DNA of 42,217 bases from Hyphomonadaceae bacterium (lineage in GTDB: Bacteria > Pseudomonadota > Alphaproteobacteria > Caulobacterales > Hyphomonadaceae), in the NCBI GenBank assembly GCA_035548775.1, contig DASZSI010000144.1, forward strand, positions 1-42,217. The letters run 5' to 3'. A program made the position numbers and the translations under genes. The notes beneath the pieces were generated by a model. It made no database searches and was not told the origin of the DNA. It saw nothing but the letters and a program-made list of their open reading frames with translations. Shown in pieces: positions 16,637 to 25,641 of the stretch. Every line of letters starts with the position of its first letter. The stretch's first letter is position 1.

Positions 16637-19600
16637 ATGGGGTCAGCATCATTTTGCCGTAGGCTGCGGCTTTCCGCGGCCGTCGGCGCCATTGCGGCCG
16701 GCATCGCCTGGCCAGCTTATGCGCAAGACACGTCTACACAGCAGCAACCGCCGCCTTCAACGGTCGATCGGGTAAAGCCGGCCGACGAGTCGACGGATCC
16801 GAATGCGCGCGACGTGGTGGTGGTGACAGGCACACGCCTGCAAAGTCAGTTCACCAGCGCCTCGCCGATGACCATCATCTCGGCCGACTCTGCTTCCGAA
16901 AAAGGCATCTCGGATCTCGCGTCGCTCTTGCGTGATTCAACCGTCGCCGCCGGCTCGCCGCAGATCACCGCAATCACCTCCACCGCCTTTGTCCAGAACG
17001 GCGGCACGGGTGTGGAAACGATCTCGCTGCGCGGCCTCGGTGACAACCGCACGCTGGTTCTGCTGGATGGCCGCAGGGCCGGTCCCGCCGGCACGCGCGG
17101 ATCAGTCGGCGCCTTCGACCTCAACGTCATCCCGCTCTCGGCGATCGAGCGGGTCGATATCCTGAAGGACGGCGCTTCATCGATCTACGGATCGGACGCC
17201 GTCGCAGGCGTGGTCAACATCATCACCAAGAAGGGCGATGATTCGAGCGTCAACGCCTTCTACTCCCGGCCGACCGAAGAGGGCGGGGCGCAGTTGCGCG
17301 TCAACGGGTCCTACGGCGCCACCTTCGGCAACATGCATTTCCGTGTGACCGGCGACTACTACAAGCAGGAAGAGCTCCGGCGCGGCCAGCGCGACTTCTT
17401 TGATTGCGCGCAGCCCTACGTCTTCAACACCGACGGCTCGCGCGCCGACGTCGTCGATCCGCGCACCGGCAAGCCGAACTGCACCAGCGACCTGCCCTGG
17501 GGCCACGTCTGGTATTATGACTATGGGGCCGACCCATCGCTGCCGTGGCGGTCCAACCCCGGTCTCATTCAGTACGACTACGACCACAATCTGGGGCAAT
17601 TCATCCCGCCCTTCGGCCCGGTGGCGAACAATTTCCATGCGCCGCCGAACTGGTTCCCGGTCAGTTACGGCTCGCTGTTCACCAACAACGTGAACGATCC
17701 CTATTACGGCCCATCGGCCAAGAACTCGGTTGCGGTGGAGAACTTCCACCATCCGTTCCAGGACAACCAATCCCTGTCTCCGGAAGTCGAGCGGATGACC
17801 GTGTTCGCCAACGGCGAATGGGATCTGAACGACCACGCCACGATCTACGCCGAAGCGCTGCTCAACCGGCGCACCACGAAGGTCAGCAGCTATCGCCAGT
17901 TCTGGACGTTCCAGTACGTCTACGACTACGGCTACATCAACAATGGCGTGTCGGACGGGGACTATGTCGGCGACCCGCTTGCCATCGCGCAAGGCTGGAC
18001 GGGCGACAACACCTTCTTCAGCCCGACCACGATCACGGATCACGCGGGGGATACGACGCAGGTCGACTATATGCGTTTCGTCGGCGGCGCCCGCGGCGAT
18101 CTCAACTTTCTCGGCATGGACGGATGGACGTGGGACACCTCGGTTCAGTTCTCGCGTTCGCGCGGCAGCTACAAGACCGACATCATCTGGGATGATGCAA
18201 TCACGCCCTACCAGTACCGGAGCGATACCTGCGCGGGGACCGTCACGGACTATCGCGGCGTGCCGTGCATGGACATCAACTGGTATGATCCGCAGTTCCT
18301 CGCCGGCAATTTCTCGGCGGCGGAGCGGGCCTTCCTCTTCGGCACGATCAAGGGCCACACGACCTACGAGGAAACCTCGTTCGAGGGCTTCGCGTCCGGC
18401 AAGCTGTTCGACCTGCCGGCCGGCCCGCTGGGCGTTGTGATCGGGGTCGACTACCAGCACGATCGCATCAACGACGTGCCGGCCCAGGCCACGCAGGACG
18501 GCGCCACCTGGGGCGACAGCAAGGCGGGCATCACCCGAGGAAGCGACAACACCAAGGCTGTCTTCACCGAGGTCTCGATCCCCATCGTCAAGGGATTGCC
18601 CTTCATCGAGGACCTCAGCCTGTCGGCTTCCGGCCGCTACACCGACGTTGATTCCTATGGCAGCCAGTCGACCTACAAGGTCGGCCTCAACTGGCAGACG
18701 ACTCCTTGGATGCGCTTCCGGGCGTCCCAGGGCACATCGTTCCGGTCGCCTGCGCTGTTCGAGCTCTACCTGTTCAACGAGACGTCGTTCGGCTCGCTGC
18801 GGGTGGACCCTTGCAACAACTGGGGCTCGGCTCTTGCCAACGGCACCATCACCCAGAGGATCGCCGACAACTGCGCCGCCGACGGCATTCCCAACAACAA
18901 GGGAACCGCCGGCGTTTCGCCGACGATCACTTCGTCCGGCGGGGCGGGCAACCTCAACGCCGAAACCTCGACGGCAAAAAGCCTGGGCGTCATCTTCACG
19001 CCCAGCTTCGCCAATCTCAAAGTGTCGATCGACTATTTCGACATCGAGGTCGACAACGAGGTCACCAAGCTCGGGGCGACCAACATCCTGCTCGGATGTT
19101 ATCAGTCCGACCACCACGCGACCGATCCGCTGTGCAGCCTCTTCACGCGTATCCCGGCCGGCTCTGGCGGGGCGTTCAACCTCGCGACGATCACCGACAA
19201 CTACATCAACATCGCAACCCAGCATAACCGCGGCGTTGATTTCGAGGCGCTCTACAAACTCGACCTGCCGGTCGGCCAGTTGAGCATGCGGGCCGAAGCC
19301 TCGCGCGGCCTGGAGGTGCAGACGCAGCTCCTGCCATCCTCCGTCCCGCGAGACACCAATGGCGAGATCGGCAACCCGGAATGGGTTGGCAACTTCGAGC
19401 TTACCTACGATCTCGACGACTGGTCGTTCTTCTATGGCCTGCGCTATGTGGGGGAAACGTCGAACGTCGATCACTTCGGCAGCCAGCCGCAGACTTATTT
19501 CGGCCAGCCGGTGCGCTATGTGCTGTCGACCGACGCCTTCACCTACTCCAGCATCTCGGTCAGCCACGACTTGCCGTGGGGGATGAGCGCCCGGGTCGGC

Positions 19601-19744
19601 GTCAGCAACGTCTTCGACCAGGAGCCCCCGTTCGTCACGACGATTTCGGGCGAGTACAACACGGTCGGCAACGTGCCGCTCGACGGCTCGCAATACGACT
19701 TCTTCGGGCGAACCGTGTTCGTCGACTTCACGAAGAAGTTCTAG
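16637..19744 (+). CDS. TonB-dependent outer-membrane receptor (large, about 1000-aa class)
   Basis: Signal peptide ending AWPAYAQ. TonB-box/plug region [12 protein letters not shown]...SPMTIIS, plug motifs [29 protein letters not shown], and a C-terminal beta-barrel ending [13 protein letters not shown] with terminal Phe. No N-terminal FecR-signalling extension recognised. Confidence 0.9.
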   Translation: MGSASFCRRLRLSAAVGAIAAGIAWPAYAQDTSTQQQPPPSTVDRVKPADESTDPNARDVVVVTGTRLQSQFTSASPMTIISADSASEKGISDLASLLRDSTVAAGSPQITAITSTAFVQNGGTGVETISLRGLGDNRTLVLLDGRRAGPAGTRGSVGAFDLNVIPLSAIERVDILKDGASSIYGSDAVAGVVNIITKKGDDSSVNAFYSRPTEEGGAQLRVNGSYGATFGNMHFRVTGDYYKQEELRRGQRDFFDCAQPYVFNTDGSRADVVDPRTGKPNCTSDLPWGHVWYYDYGADPSLPWRSNPGLIQYDYDHNLGQFIPPFGPVANNFHAPPNWFPVSYGSLFTNNVNDPYYGPSAKNSVAVENFHHPFQDNQSLSPEVERMTVFANGEWDLNDHATIYAEALLNRRTTKVSSYRQFWTFQYVYDYGYINNGVSDGDYVGDPLAIAQGWTGDNTFFSPTTITDHAGDTTQVDYMRFVGGARGDLNFLGMDGWTWDTSVQFSRSRGSYKTDIIWDDAITPYQYRSDTCAGTVTDYRGVPCMDINWYDPQFLAGNFSAAERAFLFGTIKGHTTYEETSFEGFASGKLFDLPAGPLGVVIGVDYQHDRINDVPAQATQDGATWGDSKAGITRGSDNTKAVFTEVSIPIVKGLPFIEDLSLSASGRYTDVDSYGSQSTYKVGLNWQTTPWMRFRASQGTSFRSPALFELYLFNETSFGSLRVDPCNNWGSALANGTITQRIADNCAADGIPNNKGTAGVSPTITSSGGAGNLNAETSTAKSLGVIFTPSFANLKVSIDYFDIEVDNEVTKLGATNILLGCYQSDHHATDPLCSLFTRIPAGSGGAFNLATITDNYINIATQHNRGVDFEALYKLDLPVGQLSMRAEASRGLEVQTQLLPSSVPRDTNGEIGNPEWVGNFELTYDLDDWSFFYGLRYVGETSNVDHFGSQPQTYFGQPVRYVLSTDAFTYSSISVSHDLPWGMSARVGVSNVFDQEPPFVTTISGEYNTVGNVPLDGSQYDFFGRTVFVDFTKKF

Positions 19745-19767
19745 GACCTCAAGGGAAACCATCCCGG

Positions 19768-19795
19768 ATGGGCGGCAGCGCAGGCTGTCGCCCAT
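19768..19795 (+). terminator. Stem-loop downstream of the TonB-dependent receptor
   Basis: ATGGGCGGCAG-CGCAGG-CTGTCGCCCAT is an 11-bp stem with one mismatch, 24 nt after the stop, followed by TCCGTT (poor U-tract). Confidence 0.3.
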
Positions 19796-19874
19796 TCCGT
19801 TAGTGCTGGCCGTTGTTGGTCCTTCCGCCGGCCCCCGCATGCGCTAAGGTCGGCTTGAGAACAGGAGACCGCCC

Positions 19875-20666
19875 ATGCCGCTCGTTCGGATGGCCCCGGA
19901 TAATTTGAACGAACGCAATACCGAATTCGAACAGGCGCCGCTCAAGCAGCCGGTGTTCCTCAACTCGGTTCCCAAGTGCGGCACGCACCTCATCCGCAAC
20001 ATCGTGCGGATGTTCGTGCCGGTGCCCCAGCAATACCACAAGATCTTCATCCAGCTTCCGTTCATCGGCCAGCATCTGGAGGCGTTCTCGCGCGAGAAGC
20101 CGATGCTGAGCTGGGGCCACATGCTGTTCGCCGACAATTCGGCGATCGCGCTCAAGAACGTCCGTCACGTGCTTCTGGTTCGCGATCCCTATGACTGGGT
20201 GCTCGCGCGGGCGCGGTTCTTCCTGTCGGAAAATTTCGACGGCTCGATGGACAATCTGAAGCGGGGAGGGATCAGCAACAACGACCTCCTCAACCTCATG
20301 ATCCTCGGCATCCACGGCAAGGCGCCGAACCTGGAGGAGACATTCCGCCACAACGCCGCTGGCTGGATGGGAACCTCGACCTACATGATCCGCTATGAGG
20401 ATCTGGTCCATCATGTGAAGCATCTCGACACGCCGCCGGCCGAAGCCTATTTCCGCGCGCTGTTCGCTTATTGCGGCATCGAAGTTCCATCCGACTGGCG
20501 TCAGCGCATCGTCATCGGCTCCGATCGCAAGCAGAGCGGCACGGCCCGCGAGAACCTCAAGGGCGCCCAGCCCGACCTCCCAGACGAATTGCCGGACGCG
20601 CAGAAACGCCTGGTCGAATATGCCGCCCCCGGCCTTCGACGCCTTCTCGGCTATTCGATGATCTAG
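19875..20666 (+). CDS. Sulfotransferase-family protein (PAPS-dependent type)
   Basis: 5'-phosphosulfate-binding loop PKCGTHLI and 3'-phosphate motif LLVRDPYDWV. No signal peptide. AGGAGA lies 6 nt upstream of the ATG at 19875. Confidence 0.8.
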   Translation: MPLVRMAPDNLNERNTEFEQAPLKQPVFLNSVPKCGTHLIRNIVRMFVPVPQQYHKIFIQLPFIGQHLEAFSREKPMLSWGHMLFADNSAIALKNVRHVLLVRDPYDWVLARARFFLSENFDGSMDNLKRGGISNNDLLNLMILGIHGKAPNLEETFRHNAAGWMGTSTYMIRYEDLVHHVKHLDTPPAEAYFRALFAYCGIEVPSDWRQRIVIGSDRKQSGTARENLKGAQPDLPDELPDAQKRLVEYAAPGLRRLLGYSMI

Positions 20667-23140
20667 GCTTGTCTCAGAACATCGGCTGGCCGTTGGATCG
20701 CTGCACGCAAGACAACGCCGATCGTCGCCGCCCACGCTATAGCCAAGGTAGTTGCCATGCTGACGACGAAGGGGGCTGGAGATAGTTCGATCCGGTCGGC
20801 GAACGCGCTCAGGTATGCATTTGCGGCCAACCAGGCGAGCGGCCAGGCAAGCAGGTTACCGATCAGGACAGGTTGCGAGAAGTCTACCAGCAGCAGCCTC
20901 ATCACGCGCAACACCGACGATCCAAGTGTCTTCCGCACCGCGATCTCGTGACGGCGCTTACCCGCCACATGGACGGCAATCCCGATTAGTCCCACCGAAG
21001 CAATGACGAACGCCGTAGAAGCAAGCAGGATGAAAATCTGAGCGACCCGTCCGTACTGACGGTATTTTTGTTCGAACTGCTGATCGTAGAAATTGATCTG
21101 GGCGGGAATGTTGGGCGCAATCTGATTGAACACCCGGTTGATGCTTGCAAGGCCGGCCGCGACCTCCGCACGATCAAGTTCGACGATCGGCCGCTGCGTG
21201 CCAAAATCACTCCTCTTGGCGTAGCTGTAGGCCACCCCGGACTCCGACAGGGACTCCAGCGCCGTGGGTTCGGATTCGGTCACGCCGATGATCTCTGCCG
21301 GGCGCGCGGCCGATCCCGTCATCGAGGCCGGAATATAGGCGAACTGGCCGATTGCGGCTTGCGGCGTCGCAAATCCCAGCCTGTCAGACAGCTTGCGATC
21401 GATGACAATCTGCGGCGTCTTTGTTAGGTCGCGCGAAAGCAGGCCGGCGATCGCCGAGTCCTTTTCCGGATCGAACTCGCGTCCGGCGAGTAATTTCAGA
21501 TTAAAGGCGTCGAAGTATTGGTCTCCAACCGACTTGGCCATGACCATGGAACCTGTCGCGCCGGGATTGGCGGAACGGGCCAACAGGACTCCGTTAAACT
21601 GGCCACTCCAGGGCGCGATGTCGGTGACTGCAACTCTTATAATGCCGGGTTGTTTAGCGAGATTGTTCGCCAACGTGTCGTAGTCGATGCCGACGCGCGA
21701 AAGATCGTTCAGGATCACGACGGGATTCTGTCGCGGCGCCAGTACGGTCTGTTCGAGGTGGGCGCGCTGCAGCTGAGTGACCGCAACCAGGATGAGCAGG
21801 AAGCTGGCGCTGGCGAACTGGACGGCGACCAGGACGCGGGCCGCCAGCAGGGAGCCCGATCGGGATCTGCCCGATCTCAGCGCCGCCGCCGGCCGCACAC
21901 CTGACAGAACCAGCGCAGGATAAGCTCCCGAGAAGAATGCCGCCACGACGACCAGGGCGACGATCAACGCGATGCCGCCAAAGCCGCTGCTGAGGAAATA
22001 GAGGATATCGACATTCATGGACGCGCGCACAACCGGCGCCGCGAGAGCTAGTACCGAGAGAGAGATGAATGCCGCTATGCCGGTGAGTACGAGGGCCTCA
22101 AGCCAGGCCTGCGCCATCACCTGTAGAGCGCCAGCGCCTAGGACGCGCCGCATGCCGACTTCTTTGGACCGTCCTAGCGCTTGCGTGGTTGCGAGATTTG
22201 CGTAGTTGACGCACGCGATCAGCAAGGTCAGCGCCGCCAGCGCCAGCAGCGCCACCACAGCCGATGTCTTCATGCCGTTGCTCGCGAACCGCCGACTGTC
22301 CAGTTCGTATGTGGCGAGCTTGCCTGCAGGGAGGGCGGCCATTCGCGTCCGCGCCACGCGTTTCAGCGTATCCGGTATGTGTCGGTCAAGGACAGCGGAT
22401 AGCTGCGTATTGAAAGTCTCGACCGACATGGGTCGCGGCAGGACGACGAATGTGTAAGGCATCAGCGCAAGCCATGCTTCCGTCTTGTCGAGCGCAATAG
22501 TTCTCGGATTGCCGGCCCAGTTGCGCAGCATGTCGAACCGGAAGACGGCATCCGTGTTCTGCCCCATGAAAGACGGTTGCCGAACCTGCCGCATAACCCC
22601 CGTGACGGTGAGTTCCTCCGCGCCGTTCAGCAGGACGCGTTGGCCCATGGCCGGCGCGTCGCCAAACAGGCGCTGAGCGGCATCCTGCGTCAGCACCAAT
22701 CCATCGGGCGAATTGAGCGCCGTTCGCGGATTGCCTGCCACAAAGTCGAAATCGAAAATATTCAGGAAATCCGCGTCAACGGTTCCCTGGTTGAGCAGCA
22801 CTTTGTTCGGGCCAGCAGCCACAGCGACATCTGCGGTCGGAATGGCTCGCGCGACATGCTCGATCTGCGGAACGTCCTGCTTCAGGTAGTTCGCCAGTGT
22901 CCAGGTCGAGGTCGTATTGAGGTCGCGTGGCGGCTGGCCGGCCGGGGCATTTGACTGGCCGATAAAATAAGTGCGGCTCGCCTGTGCGTGGTAGCCATCC
23001 GCCGATTGCCAGTAGGTCGCGATGCCGATCGCCGCGATAAAGCAGGCAAGACCCAGCGCCAGTGTCACAATGTTGGCCGCCGACGTGAACGGCGCTTTGA
23101 GGATGCGGGCGAGGGCCGGGCTTAGATGGTTCCGAAACAT
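20663..23140 (-). CDS. ABC transporter permease, duplicated FtsX/MacB-type (825 aa), paralog 1
   Basis: True start is the ATG at 23140 (MFRNHLSPALARILKAPFTSAANIV...) with GGGAGG upstream. Two FtsX modules are present (CVNYANLATTQALGRSKEVGMRRVLGA... and GIAVHVAGKRRHEIAVRKTLGSS...), each after a large extracytoplasmic domain. The track ORF extension to 23620 is out-of-frame overlap with paralog 2. Confidence 0.85.
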   Translation of the reverse strand: MFRNHLSPALARILKAPFTSAANIVTLALGLACFIAAIGIATYWQSADGYHAQASRTYFIGQSNAPAGQPPRDLNTTSTWTLANYLKQDVPQIEHVARAIPTADVAVAAGPNKVLLNQGTVDADFLNIFDFDFVAGNPRTALNSPDGLVLTQDAAQRLFGDAPAMGQRVLLNGAEELTVTGVMRQVRQPSFMGQNTDAVFRFDMLRNWAGNPRTIALDKTEAWLALMPYTFVVLPRPMSVETFNTQLSAVLDRHIPDTLKRVARTRMAALPAGKLATYELDSRRFASNGMKTSAVVALLALAALTLLIACVNYANLATTQALGRSKEVGMRRVLGAGALQVMAQAWLEALVLTGIAAFISLSVLALAAPVVRASMNVDILYFLSSGFGGIALIVALVVVAAFFSGAYPALVLSGVRPAAALRSGRSRSGSLLAARVLVAVQFASASFLLILVAVTQLQRAHLEQTVLAPRQNPVVILNDLSRVGIDYDTLANNLAKQPGIIRVAVTDIAPWSGQFNGVLLARSANPGATGSMVMAKSVGDQYFDAFNLKLLAGREFDPEKDSAIAGLLSRDLTKTPQIVIDRKLSDRLGFATPQAAIGQFAYIPASMTGSAARPAEIIGVTESEPTALESLSESGVAYSYAKRSDFGTQRPIVELDRAEVAAGLASINRVFNQIAPNIPAQINFYDQQFEQKYRQYGRVAQIFILLASTAFVIASVGLIGIAVHVAGKRRHEIAVRKTLGSSVLRVMRLLLVDFSQPVLIGNLLAWPLAWLAANAYLSAFADRIELSPAPFVVSMATTLAIAWAATIGVVLRAAIQRPADVLRQA

Positions 23141-23151
23141 GGTTGCCTCCC

Positions 23152-25629
23152 TCAGGCTCGGCGAAGGACGGTTGCGGGATGGAGGCTGGCGGCTTTCAGC
23201 ACGACGCCGATCACGGCAGCCCATGCAACCACGAGCGTGATGGCGAGGCTGAGCGCAAACGGCGCGGGCGTGAGGTTGATGCGCTCGGCGAAGGCGGAGA
23301 GGTAGGTCTGCGCAGCAATCCACGCCAATGGCCAGGCGAGCAGGTTGCCGATCAGCACCGGCATCGAGAAGTCGGTCAGCAGAAGACGCACAACCCCGAG
23401 CGTGCTCGAGCCCAGCGTCTTGCGCACCGCGATCTCGTGCCGGCGTCGCGAGGCGGCGTGCACGGCAATGCCGAGGAGGCCGACGGTCGAGATCAGGAAG
23501 GCCGTGCCAGCGAGAAGCGTGAACAGCTGACCGAACTGGGTGAAGGTGCTGTAGCGCTGTTCGAACATCTGATCGTAGAATTGCAGGTTGAGCGGCACGT
23601 TGGGCGCGAGTTCGTCCCACACCCGCTTCGCGTGGCTCGCGGCCGCGGGCACGTCGTTGCGGGAGATACGCATGATCGGGAATTGCGGGCCCGGCGACTT
23701 GGGCGCGAACGAATAGACATGGCCGGAGACTTCGGACGCTTCCATGCTCGAGACTTCATTCTCGATGACGCCGATGATCTCGACCGGAAGAGCGCTCAGG
23801 CCCGCGTCTCTGCGTAGCGACTCGGGCACATAGATGATCTTGCCGACTGCTTCCTGCGGCGAAGAGAAGCCGAGCCGCGTCGCGGCCAGGCGGTCGATGA
23901 CCAGGGGCGGCGTACGGCTCGATGGCGACGTGTAAAGCTGCGCGGAAACAGTATCGCGGTTTCGGTCGAACACCCGGCCGGCCACCGTGCGCAGATTCAG
24001 CGTTGTGAAATAGTCGTAGCCGATGTTCTTGTAGTCGAAGACGGGTACGGCAGCCGCCGGATCGGTCGAGCGCGCCAGTTGCAATGCCTGAATGCCATAG
24101 CCCCAGGCGCCCATGTCGCTGACCGTAACACTCTTGATGGCAGGTGATTGTTTCAGCCGCCCTTCCAGCGTGTCGAAGTCGATGCCAAGCGGGCCGATGG
24201 GATTGAGCATCGCGACCGGATCTTCGAGATTCGACAGTGCGACGCGTTCGGCCTCCATGCGCTGCTCCTGCATCACTGTGACCATGATCAGCAAGAAGCT
24301 GGCGCTGACGAACTGGATGACGACGAGGACCCGGCTGATCATGCGAGGACCGGATCGGCTGCGCCCGGCTTGCAGCGCCTCGGCAGGGCGCGCCGCCGAC
24401 AGGCGAATCGCGGGATAGGCGCCGGCGACGAAAGCCGTCAGTACAACGATGCCGATGATGGAAGCGATCGCGGTCGGGCCTGCCGTCCAGACATAAAGGG
24501 GATCGACGCCCATATTGGCGCGCACCCAGGGCGCAGCCAGCGCAAGAAAGCCGACTGCGATCACGAAGGCGATCAGCGAAAGGATGCTCGTTTCGGTCCA
24601 GGCCTGCAGCATGATGCTGATGCGACGTGCGCCAAGCGTCTTGCGCATGCCGACTTCCTTGGCGCGGGTCGCGGACTGCGCGGTTGCGAGGTTGGCGTAG
24701 TTCACGCACGCAACGATGAGAGTTAGAAGGCCGAGCCCAAGGATCAGGGAGATGGCCGACAGTTTCACGCCATCGCCCGGCGAGATCTGGTTCTCGATGC
24801 CGAGCGTTCGCATCCGGCTGATCGGAAAGGCGTCAACGAAGAGGCTGGCTGTGCCTGCCTGAGCCGGCGGCAGGTGGCGCTTCAGGAAGGCCGGCAGTCT
24901 TTCCCTGACCGAATCCAGCGATGCGCCGGCTTTCAGCCTGACGAAGGTGAAGCCGTTCAGATTTACCCAAAGCTTGTCGAACTGTTCGGCGCCAGGCTGA
25001 GCGCTCCACGGCTGGATGGCGTCGAACACCATCGTCATGCCCTTCGATCCCATGAAGGAGGGCTGGCGCACCGGATTGATCACGCCGGTGATCGTGGCGT
25101 CCTGCTTGCCGGCGAGAATCACGGTCTGGCCCAGCGCCGGACGATCGCCGAACAGCTTCCGCGCCATGTCGCGATCCAGGATCAGGCCGTTGGGATTGGC
25201 GAGTGCCGTGGCGGCGTTGCCCTCCACGAAATCAAGATCGAAGATATTGGTGAAGTCCGGATCGGCCGATGCGAGGTTGGCCAGGAACTTCTTGTCGCCC
25301 GCGGCCATGGCGACGTTGTAGGTGACGTTTGCCCGCGCGACGTAGGCGAAGTCCGGAAAGTCCTGCTTGAGATAGGGCGCCATGGCGGGCGTCGCCCACT
25401 GGTTCATCATTCGCGGCTTGGTCGCGCCCGGCGCGTTGATGCTGTAGCTGATAAAGGCGATGCGGTCGCTGTCGTGGTGATATTTGTCCGCGCTCTGCCA
25501 GTAGGTGACGATGCCGTGCGCCGCCAGGAAGCAGATCAGGCCGAGCGCCAGCGCCAGGATGTTCGCCGCCGTCGTGAACGGCGTTCGCGTGATGTTGGCG
25601 AATGCGGACTGCAGGTGATGGCGGAGCAT
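23152..25629 (-). CDS. ABC transporter permease, duplicated FtsX/MacB-type (825 aa), paralog 2
   Basis: MLRHHLQSAFANITRTPFTTAANILALALGL... with the same architecture as paralog 1. AAGGAG lies 6 nt upstream of the ATG at 25629, 12 nt after paralog 3. Confidence 0.85.
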   Translation of the reverse strand: MLRHHLQSAFANITRTPFTTAANILALALGLICFLAAHGIVTYWQSADKYHHDSDRIAFISYSINAPGATKPRMMNQWATPAMAPYLKQDFPDFAYVARANVTYNVAMAAGDKKFLANLASADPDFTNIFDLDFVEGNAATALANPNGLILDRDMARKLFGDRPALGQTVILAGKQDATITGVINPVRQPSFMGSKGMTMVFDAIQPWSAQPGAEQFDKLWVNLNGFTFVRLKAGASLDSVRERLPAFLKRHLPPAQAGTASLFVDAFPISRMRTLGIENQISPGDGVKLSAISLILGLGLLTLIVACVNYANLATAQSATRAKEVGMRKTLGARRISIMLQAWTETSILSLIAFVIAVGFLALAAPWVRANMGVDPLYVWTAGPTAIASIIGIVVLTAFVAGAYPAIRLSAARPAEALQAGRSRSGPRMISRVLVVIQFVSASFLLIMVTVMQEQRMEAERVALSNLEDPVAMLNPIGPLGIDFDTLEGRLKQSPAIKSVTVSDMGAWGYGIQALQLARSTDPAAAVPVFDYKNIGYDYFTTLNLRTVAGRVFDRNRDTVSAQLYTSPSSRTPPLVIDRLAATRLGFSSPQEAVGKIIYVPESLRRDAGLSALPVEIIGVIENEVSSMEASEVSGHVYSFAPKSPGPQFPIMRISRNDVPAAASHAKRVWDELAPNVPLNLQFYDQMFEQRYSTFTQFGQLFTLLAGTAFLISTVGLLGIAVHAASRRRHEIAVRKTLGSSTLGVVRLLLTDFSMPVLIGNLLAWPLAWIAAQTYLSAFAERINLTPAPFALSLAITLVVAWAAVIGVVLKAASLHPATVLRRA

Positions 25630-25641
25630 CTGGCGTCTCCT

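Noticed and set aside
17177-19840. 887-aa ORF antisense to the TonB-dependent receptor. Similar long antisense ORFs lie at 11226..12611, 19800..20735, 24874..26877, 32226..33464 and 40284..41906.
   Set aside because: These are high-GC shadow ORFs. Their translations are Arg/Gly/Asp/Val-rich with no motifs. In each case the opposite strand carries unmistakable family signatures (TBDR plug and terminal Phe, sulfotransferase, FtsX, HisKA/HATPase, ThDP motifs, TPR-like protein).
23141-23620. 160-codon N-terminal extension of permease paralog 1 in the ORF track (985-aa ORF).
   Set aside because: The extension overlaps the 3' end of paralog 2 in another frame and is Arg-rich nonsense. An ATG at 23140 with a GGGAGG SD gives an N-terminus homologous to the other two paralogs.
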